A stretch of 64,000 bases of DNA from contig JAGIQG010000021.1 of the NCBI GenBank assembly GCA_024679065.1, positions 29,202,001 to 29,266,000 of the forward strand, written 5' to 3'. The DNA comes from Sphyrna mokarran. Taxonomy: Eukaryota. The notes below the pieces were generated by a model. The model made no database searches and was not told the DNA's origin. It saw nothing but the letters and a program-made list of their open reading frames with translations. This document shows, one piece after another, positions 63,308-64,000 of this stretch. The stretch's first letter is position 1, and each line of letters starts with the position of its first letter. Made by a program: the position numbers and the translations under genes.

Positions 63308-64000
63308 GTTTACTCAAACTAGTTTGTTGTTTTTGAAGTTAAACCAAAATTATATTTTACAGTAGTTCAAGTCTTTCAAAAATGTTAAAATGTATCTCGT
63401 ACTTGATCATGTTTTCATGGAATTGACTTTGAAAGGATTATTCCTTCTTGCCAGTGTATTAATGCACTGTCCCACATCCAACATTCAGACTAAGAAACAC
63501 CAAGTGCTATACGCATCACTAATATCCCTGGAAGTCAGCCAGATAAGGAGGCTGTCCACACTTAGCCTATATTTTAGTGTCAACCAGAAAAATCTCAATG
63601 AAAAGTGTGCAGCACAATATGATTCAGTTATAAATATGCAATTGTGAATAAAGCTCTAATTTAAATAAGTTGTATTGCTTGAACTCAGCATCTAACTTCT
63701 TTATTGTCTATTTTATAACTTGGAGCTGTGCAGAGATGACACATGAACTGAGAAAAACAGGTCCCCCCGACTCCTTCCAACAGTCCGTAAAACGTATGCT
63801 TTCAAGCTCTCAATCAAACAAAACAATTGAACGTTGCAAAAAGCACCCAATCTTAATTCAAAAATACCACTTTAAAATCAGTCACACTAAGAACTCATGT
63901 TGCCTTAGAGCATTTTCCATAAATTCTACCTTTTTATTTTATTTGAAAAAAGGCATTGTTCGATGAGGGAAATGTACCCTCGAAACCAAGATGCACGGGT

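Overview
Eukaryotic, AT-rich vertebrate DNA. The SINE and CR1 repeat content points to a cartilaginous fish (shark). The window holds the 3' portion of a minus-strand GW182-family gene, most like TNRC6C. I traced 18 coding exons from 61116 to the TAG stop at 4803 (2798 nt, about 931 codons). All junctions are GT-AG and in phase. They encode the last Ago-binding GW repeats, UBA, Q-rich region, CIM1, PAM2, RRM and C-terminal tail. A TE-free 3'UTR of about 3.2 kb follows, rich in miRNA seed matches. The 5' exons lie beyond the right edge of the window. Introns carry CR1, Rex and RTE LINE fragments, tRNA-derived SINEs, solo LTRs and MITEs. The most notable non-gene features are: two decayed PIF/Harbinger transposons (one near full length, with TIRs and both transposase and Myb/SANT genes), two long foldback inverted repeats (one with a CTCF-like motif in its loop), a perfect 27-bp minisatellite born inside a LINE RT motif, and several nested insertions. 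I found no convincing wholly new biological system. Most ORFs in the supplied track are spurious or TE fragments. Family assignments rest on motif recognition, not database searches.
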